Shown here piece after piece: positions 48,950-62,324 of a stretch of DNA of 64,000 nucleotides. Origin of the DNA: Aplysia californica (Eukaryota). A program made the position numbers and the translations under genes. Within the stretch, counting starts at the first letter, position 1. Every line of letters starts with the position of its first letter. The stretch covers positions 201,028 through 265,027 of the forward strand of contig NW_004797434.1 of assembly GCF_000002075.1 (NCBI RefSeq). Reading direction: 5' to 3'. The notes beneath the pieces were generated by a model. The model searched no databases. It saw only the letters and a list, made by a program, of their open reading frames with translations, and was not told where the DNA came from.

Positions 48950-49400
48950 ACCACCGTCTGTGGTAAAGTGGTTAGACACTTTGTTGTTGCATATGAAAGA
49001 CCTGAGTTCGATTGCTGTGTTGGAAGAATTTTTATCAAGTATTAAAAAAATAGATAAATTACATTTTTATTGATCCCAGAAGGGCAATTTGGTTTACGAT
49101 GGCAAACATACACACATAAATACATAATTATAAATACATATATAAATACATGCACATATTCATACATAAATACACAATATCACATCAATAGAGAAGAATT
49201 TCACAAACATGCCATTGCTGGTCGCCACTGTGCAGGTATGTCAGTGTCAGTCTTTCTTCTTGGAAGTTATATCCTTTTCAGTCCAGGTTGGCCTTGATAG
49301 ACAGAGTCGAAGCCCACCTCTCTTATGATCTAAATTGTGTCGACGAGGTGTAAAACACTTACAAACAAACAAACAAACAAACGAAAAACAACAACAAAAC
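48950..49400 (+). mobile_element. Family E tRNA SINE interrupted by an antisense LINE 3' tail (~49043-49240)
   Basis: Head TGGTAAAGTGG..GAGTTCGATT; the body resumes after the insert; (CAAA)n tail. Confidence 0.6.
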
Positions 49401-49482
49401 AGCTATGGACCAGAGTACTTGGCAAATTGTTGTAAAGAAATACTGTACTCTAAATTTCAGAACGAGACTTTAGACTATAATA

Positions 49483-49673
49483 CAGTCGAACCTGCTCTAA
49501 AGATCACCTGTATAAGACAATCACTTGTACAAACAGCCACTTCTTATTTCCTCCCTTGTGCATTAAAAAAAATTATAATTACACTGTGTGAAATGTCCAT
49601 CTGTCTAAGACTAAGACGGTCATTTTTCTCCTCAACAATGGGTGGTAGTGGTCGACTTAGACAATTTCGACTG
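49483..49673. mobile_element. Tc1/mariner-type MITE
   Basis: TA|CAGTCGAA...TTCGACTG|TA. Confidence 0.8.
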
Positions 49674-50550
49674 TATCTTCAAGGGAAAGAAACAGATCTG
49701 CGTGTACAGAAAGACAAAAATAAATATGTGAGGCGTGCTGACATAATGACTTACTTCTCACTATCCACAAATGGAGATATTTATCAAAAATCGACGCAAG
49801 AGTCAAATTTGTAGATTTTCCATTGATGCCATATTCTTTAAAACTTGATCTATCCTATTTCCATAGAGGGCTGGAATCTGATAAGTAACTCATTTTGTCA
49901 GCACACTTAACATATATACGTGTATGGAGGTAGACAGGTTTTAAGTTTGCTAGTGTTGTCAGATAGAGTGTGCCATCAATATGGAGAATCTTTCATAAAA
50001 GAAAAGTCAGGCATTTCTTATGCAGAATACTGATCAGCACAATTTGTACATTATGTATACACATTATGTTTGTGTGATTGTGATTTACGTTGCTAACACT
50101 AGATCTACTTACTACTACTGTCAAGATACAAAGTAGGGGGTGGTTGAAGGGCACCACTGGGATGTCCTACTTACTTTTTAACTTTCCCTCTATTTTTGTT
50201 TGTTTGTTTTTTTCTGTCTGTTTCCCTTTTTAACCAGCACAAGATAACCATCATTGTGTCGATGTGTTTCTCTTTTACCACTCAAAAAACAAACGAAAAA
50301 AAGATGCAAATTTGTTTAAATATTATGTATATAAGTTAATGGGCGTTTGCGGTGAGACGGTTAGTTTAAAAAGAAGAGCAGTAGCTCTTTATCATGAATC
50401 CTGCTGATTTTGACTCAAGATGGTCTTCCTTCTTACTTCTTACGTACCAGTGCACAGGATTTCTATACAACAGAGGCGTATCTTAGGAATGGCAAGTGTC
50501 CTGGGCGCCCCTTGTGGAGGGGGGGGGTTGAAGCTGGTGCACCGACCGGC

Positions 50551-50554
<4 letters not shown>

Positions 50555-50640
<86 letters not shown>
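50555..50640. repeat. (CA)n microsatellite
   Basis: Direct observation. Confidence 0.95.
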
Positions 50641-50642
<2 letters not shown>

Positions 50643-51075
50643 ATACACTAGTATACACACATGCTCGCACACCCTCTGCCTTTTCCTATCTCTGTCTGTC
50701 TCTGTCCCTCTGTCTGCCAGCCCACAAGCTCGCACTCTAAAGACCTTGTAGGGGATATCTACATAAAATACAGACCTGGTGGCTTGACAGTCTTCCACCT
50801 TCGCCGTCTGCAGGCTGAAAAAAAGGTTTGGATAGACTCATCATAAAATGCGGGCAATTGGAGGGGGGCACTGGTAGGTCCTTCTTTACTCCTCTCTGTT
50901 GTTTCTGTCCGCCTGTCTTACTTTTTTTCCTGCACTAAATGACCATTATTGAATCCATGTGTTTCTCTTTACTCAAACAAACAAGCAAACATCACATAAG
51001 CACTACTTGCTGACAACTGTGCCGTGGTAGCCTTGCGTTAACAGAAATTGACCTATAATATGTCACTGTCAATAA

Positions 51076-51255
51076 GTTTTTGGTTTTAGTAAGAGTTTTA
51101 CGGCACTTGCGACACAATAAGGTCATATAAGGGCCTTTGGATTAGAGACGTTACAAGAGAGTGACAAACACAATAAAAGGAGGATAGGAAGAGAGATAAG
51201 GACGAAAGATGTTTGACAGGAAAGAAGGAGCAATTAACCACACCAGAGCACCCGT
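51076..51255 (-). mobile_element. Family B short retroelement
   Basis: Reverse complement of the family B sequence. Confidence 0.8.
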
Positions 51256-51833
51256 CTGAGGCGCAGCGGTTCGACGCTCTGCCGTCACACACACGCAAAA
51301 CACCTGAGTTCGGTTTCTCCATGGGGTACCTGCTTCAGGCACGTCAACCCCCCCCCCCCCCCCACCCTAAAAAAAAAGAAAACAAAACAAATTAGAAAAA
51401 TGAATGGATGAATGAATGAATGAATTAAAAAAACAAAACCAAAAGAAATAAATACACCGAAAAAAAATAAAAATAAAAGAAGAAATAAATAGATTGAATA
51501 CATTTGTAAATAAATAGATAACGTTGAAAACAAAAATGAAAATAAAATATAAATAAATAAATAAATATCGACAAAGCCAAACCGAAAAATTATTGTGGAA
51601 TATCAGTAGGCCTACTTCAAATACCTGGGGAAAATCATCTCATCTGATGGTCATCTTGACTAGGAACTAGCTGCTCGCATCAGCAAGGCCAGCCAATTAC
51701 TTCAATTAGACTTTATGGCCTCCGCATCCGTGAAAAAACAGCTGAAGCATCGAGCTGCGTACGAAGAACAAAGGTCGTTGCTCTCGCAAGTCTTTTGTAA
51801 GTAAAATCATCATCATCATCATAATCTACGTCT

Positions 51834-52362
51834 TCTGTTTGTTTTTTTGGTAAGTGTTTTGCGGTGCTCTCAACTGCATAAAGTCATATGAGCGCTCGGG
51901 ACACATGAAACATTTTCAGTTGGTTGGAAATTTTGAATTTTACCCGGGGTGACCGCCGAAGCCTACTCTTGTCGATTTTAGACCACCAAGGGATATTTAA
52001 CGTGCGCATTTTGCGCACGGGACCTCCGATATTTTTCGTCCCTGTCCGAGAAGGCAAGGTGTAGGTATTTCCTAGAAGAAGATCAAGGGTGTGACTGAAA
52101 GACAGCTGTAAGAAGGAGCCAAGCAGCAGAAAGGTTACAGAAAGAGTCAGGAGCCCAGAGGAGGGGGCAAATGAGGTGAGGGGGGGGGCAGAAAGTGGAG
52201 ACGAAAGCAGACGACGACAGAACATTGCTAGAGAGCAGGAAAGGAAGTGAAAGGAGACACTTTTAGAGAAGAAAATGTTGTTTCCGTCGCTACCCGGATT
52301 CGAACTCGGGACCTTTGAATGAGAGGCGAACACCTTAACTTCTAGGGCACTAGATCCCCTTC
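51834..52362 (-). mobile_element. Full-length family A Nin/Deu SINE; 10-bp TSD
   Basis: ATCTACGTCT at 51824-51833 and 52363-52372. Confidence 0.9.
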
Positions 52363-52999
52363 ATCTACGTCTAAACAATTTTCGTGTATCATTTTTGTTC
52401 TTGTGCGTTTTATTTTCTATATACAAAACAACACAGCTACCATATTTACACATTTTCTGTCACCTACAAATATCCGTCATCTGATAGGGTCTCGGGACCA
52501 AAACTAAACAAAACACAACAAAACAGAATTTTTTTTAAAAAGATGCAAACCTGAGCTGATGTACAAACCCAAATACAAACCAAAAAACCCCAAAACGAAA
52601 CAAAAAACCCCCCAAAAAACCCACCTAAAAACCCCATCAGGATCAAGCAAATCTAACACCTGCTCTTTCGTGTATCCGGTTTACTTTACAACCTCAGAAA
52701 AACGTTCCTTAAATGATTTAGTTCAAGCTATAAACATGAGAACGAGTTAGGATGCAAGTACGTCCGAGGCTTATCGACTGATTATCGATCAACATTTTAT
52801 GTCTCCGCTTTGGGGTCGATCAGTTCAGTACGTTGTACATTAGATTTATTCGTTGTCTTCATGCTTATTCAGCGATCATCATTGTTTATGGTTTTATTAA
52901 TGGTAAAGGTCTAATTCCGTCCTCCGTTTGAAATGTACTTAATCGACCCGGTGCTGAGCTCAAGGCTGAAAAATTAGAAACATCTCAAGGACTACCAAA

Positions 53000-53467
53000 A
53001 TGAAAGCTCTGAAAATGAAATGCTATGGATGGTAAACCCTTATATGTGTTGTGAATGCTAGAAGATCATTAAAGACAGTGAAAATAAAATAGAAGCAACA
53101 GAAATATGGTTTCTCAGGAGATTGCTGAGAACATCTTGGAAGGAAAGAAATTAAATAATGTAGTATTCCAAAAAGCCCACGTGGGACGTCCACTGTTAAA
53201 AACAATCAGAAAAGGACAAATGCAGTTTTTGGGACACCAGAATAGACAAAAAGGCATTGAACATCTAGCTCTCACTGGCAAAACTGAAGACAAATGAGGC
53301 AGGGGTAGGCCCAGGGCAACCTACTGGGAGAACCTAAACAGGTGGGTGACGGGGAGAGATCAGGGTAATGATAATATTATAGTTTATAGCTTTTTTTAAG
53401 AGCTTCCGAGCAAAGGAATGAAAAGAGAACCATGATCGACGGTGTCTGTTGCAGATCATCGGGCTCT

Positions 53468-53546
<79 letters not shown>
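53000..53546 (+). mobile_element. RTE LINE 3' fragment ending in an expanded (GAT)n tail
   Basis: Encodes IEATEIWFLRRLL, KGQMQFLGH, GRGRPR; (GAT)n at ~53469-53546; the same 3' end occurs at 35140-35240 and 62960-63060. Confidence 0.8.
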
Positions 53547-54484
53547 ACCCGAGTGGTTAGGGAGCTCAGTTTCACAAATAATGTCACGCAAATGTCGGTG
53601 ATACAGGGTTCAGACAGGTGGGCACTGGGGTATGTCCTTGAGCAGGACACCAAAACCAAACTAAAAACCAACCAACCAAACAAAAAAAAACAACGGCGAG
53701 GTAGAGTGGTGGCCAGCAAAGGCATGTTTGCAGTATTTTTCAGTATGTATGTCTGTATGTATCTATATACCTTTGCATGTCTGTATTTATGTACCGAATG
53801 TATTATGTATTTACGCACCGTATTTGTGTATATTACGCCATTGTAAACCAAATTTCTCGACGGGGATAAATAAATAAATAAATCATTCATTCTTTCATTC
53901 ATTCATTCTTTCATTTATCTATTTTTGTATTTATTTATTTATTTATTTATTTATGATTTATTTACGGTATCTCCACTCTTTGTTATGCCAATATTATGGG
54001 GTAACGTCATTAACGTAGTAATACGCTTTATACTATGTTTTACAGATGGAGAGCTGAAGTAGACTTCCTCACTGATTCTTGAAGCGCAACAGCTTAGACA
54101 CATACACTTTTTTAATATGTTGTTGTTTACGCCCTCACGGAAACAATTAATTAATTAATTAAGGTTATTTAGGGGGTGCGACCCTTCCCGCCAGGGCTAA
54201 CCCGGGCTGAGAGATACAAAGTCCCAGGCGAAAGACCGAGGTACTGGATAAAGATTCTCTCCCTGCAAAGGAATCGAACTCAAGTCTTTTGCGTGAGACG
54301 GCGAAGTGTCTAGGTCTAACAGCTGCACCACGGGCACTGGTGTTCACATGTGGAATAAAGTCTCATTTATTGCCTTTTCGGCTTGTCTCTGGCCTGTCTT
54401 TGTGTCTGTTATTATCCTATGACTCTGTCTCAGTCCTGGGATGTGAGCATCTGAGAGAAATTGTGTCACGACAAAGTGGAATTA

Positions 54485-55957
54485 TATACTAATAAATTTT
54501 TACCATCCCTGGAAGTGTAACGACCGACCGCACTATTTATTAGCATAGTAGAAGGATATAGAAAAAAATGATGCATTAACATTTTGAGAACACTTTAAAA
54601 CTTGAATAGAGATAAACAGTACCAAAAAATCCTCTAAAATGCTCGCTCCTGTGGTTAAACTCAATAGTGTGTTAGCTTCTACAACTAGGCATGCAAATAT
54701 AATTGTAGATTTTTACCATTCCAAAAGTGTAACGACCGACCGTACATTTTACTGACTTAGTAGAATGACATAGAAATAAAAATGCTTCGTGCATTTAGAA
54801 CAACTATTAAGTTTGGACAGATTTTAATAGTACAAAAATTTCAATAAAATGCCCGCATCTGTGGATAAACACAATAATGTGTTAGTTTCAACAATAGGCA
54901 TGCACATATATTAATAAAGTCTTACCACTTCTAAAAGTGTAACGACTGACTACACTATTAAAATTTACCTGCATCATAACGGATAAAGAAAAAAATGTGC
55001 TTCAAAATTTTGAGAACACCTCAAAGTTTGGATAGAGATTAACAGCACAAAAAATCCTATAAAACGCTTGCAAATGTGGTTATACACAAAAGTGTGTTAG
55101 TTTCTACAACTAGACATGCAAATATACTAATAAATTTTACCATCCCTCAAAATGTAACGACCGACTGTACATTTTACTGACTTAGTAGAATGACATAGAA
55201 AGAAAGAGGATTCATGCATTTGAGAACACCTCTTAAGTTTGGACAAATTTTAATAGTGCAAAAATTCCAATAAAATGCTCGCATCTGTGGATAAATACCA
55301 TAGTGTGATGGTTTCTACAACTGAGAATGCAAATGTACTAATAGATTTATACCATTCCGAAAAGTGTAAAGACCGAACGCACACCGTACTGACACTTTAG
55401 ACCGACAATGAATTAAAGACTTTAAATGCTTTTCTAAACACCTTTAAGATTTTGACAGAGTTTAGCAGTACAAAAAGCCTACAAACTGCTCCCACCTGTG
55501 GTAAAACACAATAGTGTGTTCGTTTCTACAACTAGGCATGCAAATATACTTATAAATTTTTACCATCCCTGAAAGTGTAACGACCGACCGCACTACTTAC
55601 TAGCAAAGTAGAAGGATATAGCAAACAATTATGCATCGAAATTTTAAGAATACCTCAAAGTTTGGATAAAGATAAACTGTACAAAAATCTTATAAAATGC
55701 TTGCTCCTGTGGTTATACACAATAATGTGTTAGTTTCTACAACTAGGAATGCAAATATACCATCCCTACAAGTGTAACGACCGACTGCACAATGTTCTGA
55801 AATAATAGAAGGATATAGAAATTAAGAAGATTCATTCATTTGAGAAAAAACTCTTAAGTTTGGACAGATATTACCAGTGTAAAAATGTATATAAAATACT
55901 CGCATCTGTGGTTAAATATAATAGTGTGTTAGTTTCTACAACTAGGCATGCAAATAA
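54485..55957. repeat. Tandem satellite array, ~7 units of ~211 bp
   Basis: TACCATCCCT..AAGTGTAACGACCGAC recurs at 54501, 54714, 54923, 55138, 55350, 55561 and 55758. Confidence 0.92.
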
Positions 55958-55984
55958 CATTGCAGTCCTTCTTTGGGCTTTTTT

Positions 55985-58212
55985 CAAGGGTGCAGACGTA
56001 GCTTCTGACCATCATCTGTTCATTTCAACAGTCCGACTAAAACTAAAGCAAAGACAAGGGATTGTCAATCATAGGTGCTGGTACAACGTGGAATTTCTGA
56101 GAGAGCTATCGTCAAGAGAGGAGTTTAATTTAGCAGTTAAGAACAGGTTCCAAGGTTTGGAAACAGTAGGCGAGGATAGTAACGTGGAAGAAACATGGGA
56201 GGCAATAAAAGACGGCTGGACCATTGTGTGTCAAGAGGTACTAGGGAAACAGAAACGTGAGCAGAAGCCGTGGATATCGGCCACCACTCTGAGGAAGATA
56301 GAAGACAGGAAAAAGAAAAAGGATCCGGTAGAAAGGAGCAAGACAAGAGCAGCCAAAGCAAGGCCCAAGGAGAATACACCAAAGCAATGAAGGACGTAAA
56401 AGTCAACATACAGAAAGACAAAAGAAACTATGTAGATGACCTGGTGTGCGAGGAAGAGGAAGCAGCAAGGGCAGGAAACATGAGAGGACTGTACGAAGCC
56501 ACCAAAAAACTTGCAGGCAGATACAGGGACGCAGATGTGCCTGTTAAGGATAAAGAGGGAAAGCTTCTAACAAATCCAGACGAACAGAAAGAACGCTGGA
56601 AGGAGCATTTCAAAGAACTACTTAACAGACCAAGGTCAGAAAATCAGTTTGACATTCCGTCAGCAGATATTGATTTGGAGGTGAGTGAAGAAAAGTCCAG
56701 TTTAGAGGAGATCAAGGAGGACGATAAGACACCAGAAAGCAGGCAAGGCGGCTGGCCCAGATCGAATTCCCCCAGAAGTTCTCAAGGCGGATATCGACAC
56801 TGCAGCAAGGACTGTTCATGGAATTATTGGCAAGATATGGGACGGCGAAAAATTTCCCCAGGATTGAAGAGAAGGATTGCTTGTGAAACTGCCCAAGAAA
56901 GGAAATCTGCATGAGTGTAAAAACTACAGAGGAATCATGCTCCTGTCCTTTCTTGGGAAGATTTTAAGTCGTACTACACTGGAAAGACTGAAGGAAGCCG
57001 TGGATGCAAAACTAAGAGAGGAGCAGGCAGAATTTCGTAAAAAGAGAGCATGTACAGATCAGATTGCAACTTTGAGGATAATAGTGGAGCAGTCCACAGA
57101 GTGGAATTCTTCCCTGTACGTTGATTTTGTTGACTGCGAGAAAGCTTTTGACAACCTAGATAGAGACTCAATATGGAAGCTCATGCGCCACTACGGAATA
57201 CCTGACAAGTTCGTGAGATTGATCAAGAAGATGTATGAGGGAATGAGCTGCAGTGTCTTACTTGGAGGGCAGCGGACAGACTCGTTTAAAGTGAGAACAG
57301 GCGTGAGACAGGGATGCCTGCTATCGCCTTTTCTCTTTTTATTTGCAATGGATTGGATAATGAGACAGACAATATCAGGACAAAGCGGTGGCATTCAGTG
57401 GACCCTTTCCAGTCAGTTGGAAGACTTGGATTTTGCCGACGACTTGGCACTTCTTTCTCACAGTCGAGACCAGATGCAACAGAAGACAGATTGCCCCAGG
57501 GCCTTCTCCCATAGTGTTGGGCTCCATATTCACATGGATAAAAACGAAAGTTCTTCGAATGAATGCAGCCGACGTTCCTATCACACTGCAAGGGACACCG
57601 TTGACAGATGTTGAATCCTTCACCTACCTGGGAAGTGTCTTCAACAAGGCAGGGGGAACAGACGAAGACATCAAGGTCAGAATCCACAAGGCAAGAGCAA
57701 CATTCATCATCCTCAGTAATATATGGATGTCTTAGGAACTGGGATTGAACACCAAGCTGAGAATCTTCAAAACAAACGTGAAGACTGTTCTACTGTATGG
57801 TTCAGAGACATGGAGGCTCACACCATCAGCAGCAAGGGAACTGCAAATCTTCATAAATGAATGTCTAAGAAGGATAGTGGCTGTCAAGTGGTACGATCGA
57901 GTCACAAAAGCTCAACTGTGGGAAAGAACAAGCCAAAGGCCAGTAAAGGAAGACATACAGGTGAAGAAATGGAAATGGATTGGGTACACCCTGAGGAGAC
58001 CCCCAACAAGCATGAACGGACAAGCTTTGACGTGGAATCCACAAGGAAAACGTTAGAAAGGAAGACCTAAGATAACATGGAGGCGAGCGGTACATGCGGA
58101 GATGGAAAAGGCGGGGACATCATGGAAACAGCTAGAAAAGGATGCACAGGACAAGCTTCCAGCTGGAGAAATATTGTTGATGGGCTATGCTCTACTGAGA
58201 GTTAAAAAAGGG

Positions 58213-58214
<2 letters not shown>
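55985..58214 (+). mobile_element. 5'-truncated, frameshifted RTE-clade LINE (end of AP endonuclease, reverse transcriptase, C-terminus)
   Basis: GADVASDHHL, KLPKKGNL.ECKNYRGI.LLS, FVDCEKAFD, GVRQGCLLSPFLF, LDFADDLALL, LLYGSETW, WNPQGKR; several stops and frameshifts. Confidence 0.95.

Positions 58215-58286
<72 letters not shown>
58215..58286. repeat. (AG)n tail of the RTE element
   Basis: Directly follows the RTE 3' end. Confidence 0.9.
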
Positions 58287-58287
<1 letters not shown>

Positions 58288-59095
58288 ACAAAGCAGCGCT
58301 AGGGGACTGCACAGTCCCCCAACGGGTAGCTCTAGGGGACTGTAAAAACTAAAGTCCCCTAAAAACTTCCATTATGGTGAAGGTAGTACACAATAAGTAT
58401 ACCTCTTTTCGTGTATTAAACATTGTAGACGTTTACCACTGGGTGGAGTAAGTGTTGTTGTTGTTTTGTTGTTGTTGTTGTTGTTTTGTTTTTTTTGGGG
58501 GGGCTGGGGATTGAATAATCTCTATTGTAAAGCAAAGCTGATATTGAAATTGTTTTTATGTGACAGTTGTAGAGGGATCTACACTTTATTTAACTGGACA
58601 ATGTACCGCAAAATTTGCTACGGTCATTTTCTCCAAAGGTACAAATAACTGGACCATAATATTTTGTGTAATTTCACCTGAAATAATCTGGCTGTGTTTT
58701 CGGCGAAATGGTTTTAAGCTCTTCTTCTTCTCTGAGCTCTCATGCTAGACCTCAGGGGTAGTCGACTGCTGGTTCTTCAACATTGAGTGAAACGTTTTTC
58801 TGTTATGTTGACATTTGTGAAAACTTGCCATCCCCTTTTTCCCCTCGTCCCCCCCCTTTTTTTTCTTCCAGGGATTCATGACTAAATCTCGGGTGGTCAT
58901 GGCCATTACAAGAATCTTCTGTGTGTTTTGAGGTGATTTTAAGAGTTCATTTTATTTAATTGTAGGTATTTTATGCCTCTATCGACAAAATTTAGATCAT
59001 TTGGGAGGCAGACTTCGACCTTACTTGTCAGGACCAAACTGAGAAGAGAGAGATACAGTATCCCAGCAAAAGGACCGTGATAAAAATGTGGGAGA

Positions 59096-59563
59096 TGTTT
59101 TACGGCGCTCGCAAGTGCACAAGGTCATATGAGCGTGCGGGACACATTAAACATTTTCAGTGGGTAGGAATTTTTGAATTTTGCCCTGGTGGTGGTGAAA
59201 CCTACTCATATCGATTTTTGGACTCGGGACCTCCGAGATTTTTGGCCCTTGTCCAAGAAGGCTAAGTGTAGATCTTTCCTACCAAAGACCAGGGGTGTGG
59301 CTGGAGGACAGCCGTAAGAAGGAGCCAAAGAGTAGCAGTAGATAGACTGCAAACAGAGTAAGGAGGCCAGAGGAGGGGGGCAAAAAGGGTGAGGGGGCGG
59401 GGGCAGAAATAGGAGAAGAAAGCAGACGACAGAACATAGAGAGCAGGGAAGGATGTGAAAGGAGACAATTTTAAAGAAGAAAATTGTCCGTTGCTATCCG
59501 GATTCGAACCCGGAACCACTGAATGAGAGTAGAACACCTAACCTATAGGCCACGAGAGCCCCC
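59096..59563 (-). mobile_element. Family A Nin/Deu SINE, internally deleted
   Basis: Reverse complement of 3647-4181, lacking part of the Nin domain. Confidence 0.88.
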
Positions 59564-59826
59564 AATATTTGTATACGTTTTCTCTTTATTAGACATAAAA
59601 AATCGGCGTCTGTGTGGTAACAATTAGGTGCTTCTCTGTCGCATACTGGAGTCCAGCGTACGATTCTCGAGTGCGGAAGACATTTTTATCGAGTATCTAT
59701 CTTGGTCTTTCTGCTGGGATGTTGTATCCCTCTCAGTCTGAGTTGGTCCTACAGGCAGGGTCAGAAGCATGTCTCCTAAACGATCTAAGTTGTGTCTATG
59801 GGGACGTAAAAACACACAGGTACGGA

Positions 59827-59909
<83 letters not shown>

Positions 59910-59959
59910 CTCAAATGCAACGCAGGTCTCTACTTTGAGTGATTTTGGATATGGACTTT

Positions 59960-60145
59960 TCTCTGCTCGGAGGTCCTGTGTGCGGGTTGTGTACGTTTAA
60001 GATCCCTTGGTGGTCCAAAATCAATAAGAGTAGGCTTTGACCGCCATCCGGGCAAAATTCAAAATTTCCTACCAACTGAAAATGTTTGGTGTGTCCCGAG
60101 CACTCATATGACTTTATGCAGTTGCGAGCGCCGTAAAACACCACA
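59960..60145 (+). mobile_element. 3' half of a family A SINE
   Basis: AAGATCCCTTGGTGGTC...GCAGTTGCGAGCGCCGTAAAAC. Confidence 0.85.
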
Positions 60146-60287
60146 AAAAGACTGTAATTATGTAAGTTTCTGCAGCTCACACAATACAGTACAAGCCGTA
60201 ATCAGTTCAGATGCACCAACAGACAGCTGGTTGTCGGTGGTGAGCAGAGGTCAACGGGCTTGGATCAAGGTCACTTCCTCCAACTGG

Positions 60288-61490
60288 CAGTGGCGGCGCG
60301 CCATTGGTTCAATTGGTGCAAGCGCTTCATCTAACCCTGGCCTTCACCCCCCACCCCCACCCCTTTTCTAATTATTTAATTGTTCTAAACCAGTCAGTGC
60401 TCTAGATCTACATTACTACATCCTTGCGATCCGTCACCTGCTGGCTGCGCCAGTGAAGAGACAGACTTCGAGGATGGTTTATTCTCGTGGCACATCTTGC
60501 GGTAGTGTCCGCTGGGAGCAAACAAAATCTTTGCACCTAAGTTATTTGTGTCACTGTACTGAAATTTAGGCATTATTCTTCCTGCACAAGAAGAAAGGTG
60601 CCTGAAACTCCTCTTCGCAGTCCCAATTTGGTGCAAGCAAAAAATTTGATCCAAGTTTCCGCTAGCCTATCTACTACACTAAAGTCTAAGGTAACCCAAT
60701 GAAGAATGGGTATCGAAACTGTTGTCTCCCTCTATTGTGTAGCAAGTCCTGTTAAGGTAAATCGTCACATTGAGTCTGGTTGCTGGTGCTGCACGCAGTA
60801 ATTAGAAATCTTTAAATCTTCTCAGATTGTGAGCATAGTGTGTTAGGATTGTTTCATTTTATTGCAGCTTTTATGCCGTTTCATCTAGAAACAGTTGTAA
60901 ATATCGATAGATGTAGATTACGGGATATCCTGCAGATTCTCATTGACTTTCTCTAGAAATCTAGATGAATCACGTTGACGCTTTGCTTCTTGCTCCATTC
61001 AGCAGATTACAATTAGAAGAGACAGTGCGCATAAAAGAGCTTGGTCCACATCAGCCGCGGGATTTTGAGCTCAAAAACAATGTTCGCTCTTTTTCCTGTA
61101 CATGGTATTATAAGTATGAATGGTTTACGGTGAGCTTGTCCAAAAAGAAATTGTACGGTTTCCATTGTCCGCCTAATACTGATCGATCAGACACTGACAA
61201 GGTTTAGTCATCAATCACNNNNNNNNNNNNNNNNNNNNNNNNNNNNNNNNNNNNNNNNNNNNNNNNNNNNNNNNNNNNNNNNNNNNNNNNNNNNNNNNNN
61301 NNNNNNNNNNNNNNNNNNNNNNNNNNNNNNNNNNNNNNNNNNNNNNNNNNNNNNNNTTAGAAAGAACAGACCACACCAGAGCGCCCGCTAACCGCTCTGT
61401 ACAACATTAATAGTAGCTAGTTAGCCTATTGCCCTTTTGCTCACTTTCCAATTATGCCCCACCTTGTCTGCAACCCACGCGACGCCACTG
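60288..61490 (+). mobile_element. Internally deleted hAT transposon with a remnant of the transposase N-terminus (TTF-type zinc finger, ZMYM1-like)
   Basis: TIRs CAGTGGCGGCGCG / CGCGACGCCACTG; 8-bp TSD CCAACTGG at 60280-60287 and 61491-61498; ORF 60965-61207 KELGPHQP...RSFSCTWY.KYEW..VS..KKKLYGFHC. Confidence 0.9.
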
Positions 61491-62324
61491 CCAACTGGTA
61501 ATCGGAGAACTGTCGCACAGCCTTTGCACAAATTCGACAACAGCACATCTTGTTGAATCCCTTTCAGCCCCAGTTGGTCCTGCCTGACAGGCAGGGTCGG
61601 AAGCTTATTTATAACCTAGAGTTGCAAGTGCCGTAAAACGCTTTTACCCCCCCCCCCCCTCCCCCACCCTGAAGTCTTACATAGCTTTTGCACGGAACGC
61701 AACTGCAGTAACAAAATTAATAACTCTTCCGAACCACTTTTGAGAATAGTTTTGAGCGCGAGCGAGCAATAATGATGACGAGGGAAAGATACAGACGATA
61801 TTACGTTACATCTTTACTTGAGAAAGAAAGAGATAACAGGCTCTCCTGTCGTCTGTCCTCGCGGCCAACGTTCGTTTCTGCTCTTTTTGCAGTTTTGTTT
61901 TGTACATGTTTTGTGTTTTACNNNNNNNNNNNNNNNNNNNNNNNNNNNNNNNNNNNNNNNNNNNNNNNNNNNNNNNNNNNNNNNNNNNNNNNNNNNNNNN
62001 NNNNNNNNNNNNNNNNNNNNNNNNNNNNNNNNNNNNNNNNNNNNNNNNNNNNNNNNNNNNNNNNNNNNNNNNNNNNNNNNNNNNNNNNNNNNNNNNNNNN
62101 NNNNNNNNNNNNNNNNNNNNNNNNAGGATGGTGGTGGAAAAAGAAAGGGTTTATAGACATGAAAATCAACTACAGAAAGTGGAATAAAAAACCCAACAAA
62201 CCCACAGTCAGAGCCAAGACGGGTGATTAGTCGACCGAGTACCAAAACGACAGATAAACCTAGAGATGATTAGGCGGACAGACCCAAGGGTACAAAAGAA
62301 ATCAGACAATAATAAAAATCAGTG

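Noticed and set aside
49335-49814. 159-aa ORF
   Set aside because: Runs through a SINE tail and a MITE; not coding
50471-50651. Possible hAT MITE around the (CA)n run
   Set aside because: Right TIR and TSD too degenerate to support
53442-53846. Poly-Asp/Ile/Ser ORFs and other ERERER or THTHTH ORFs in the ORF track
   Set aside because: Translations of microsatellites
54485-55957. CRISPR-like repeat/spacer array
   Set aside because: Units are homologous over the full ~211 bp, the context is eukaryotic and there are no cas genes; it is a satellite
61772-62245. ORFs containing long X runs
   Set aside because: Artefacts of assembly gaps
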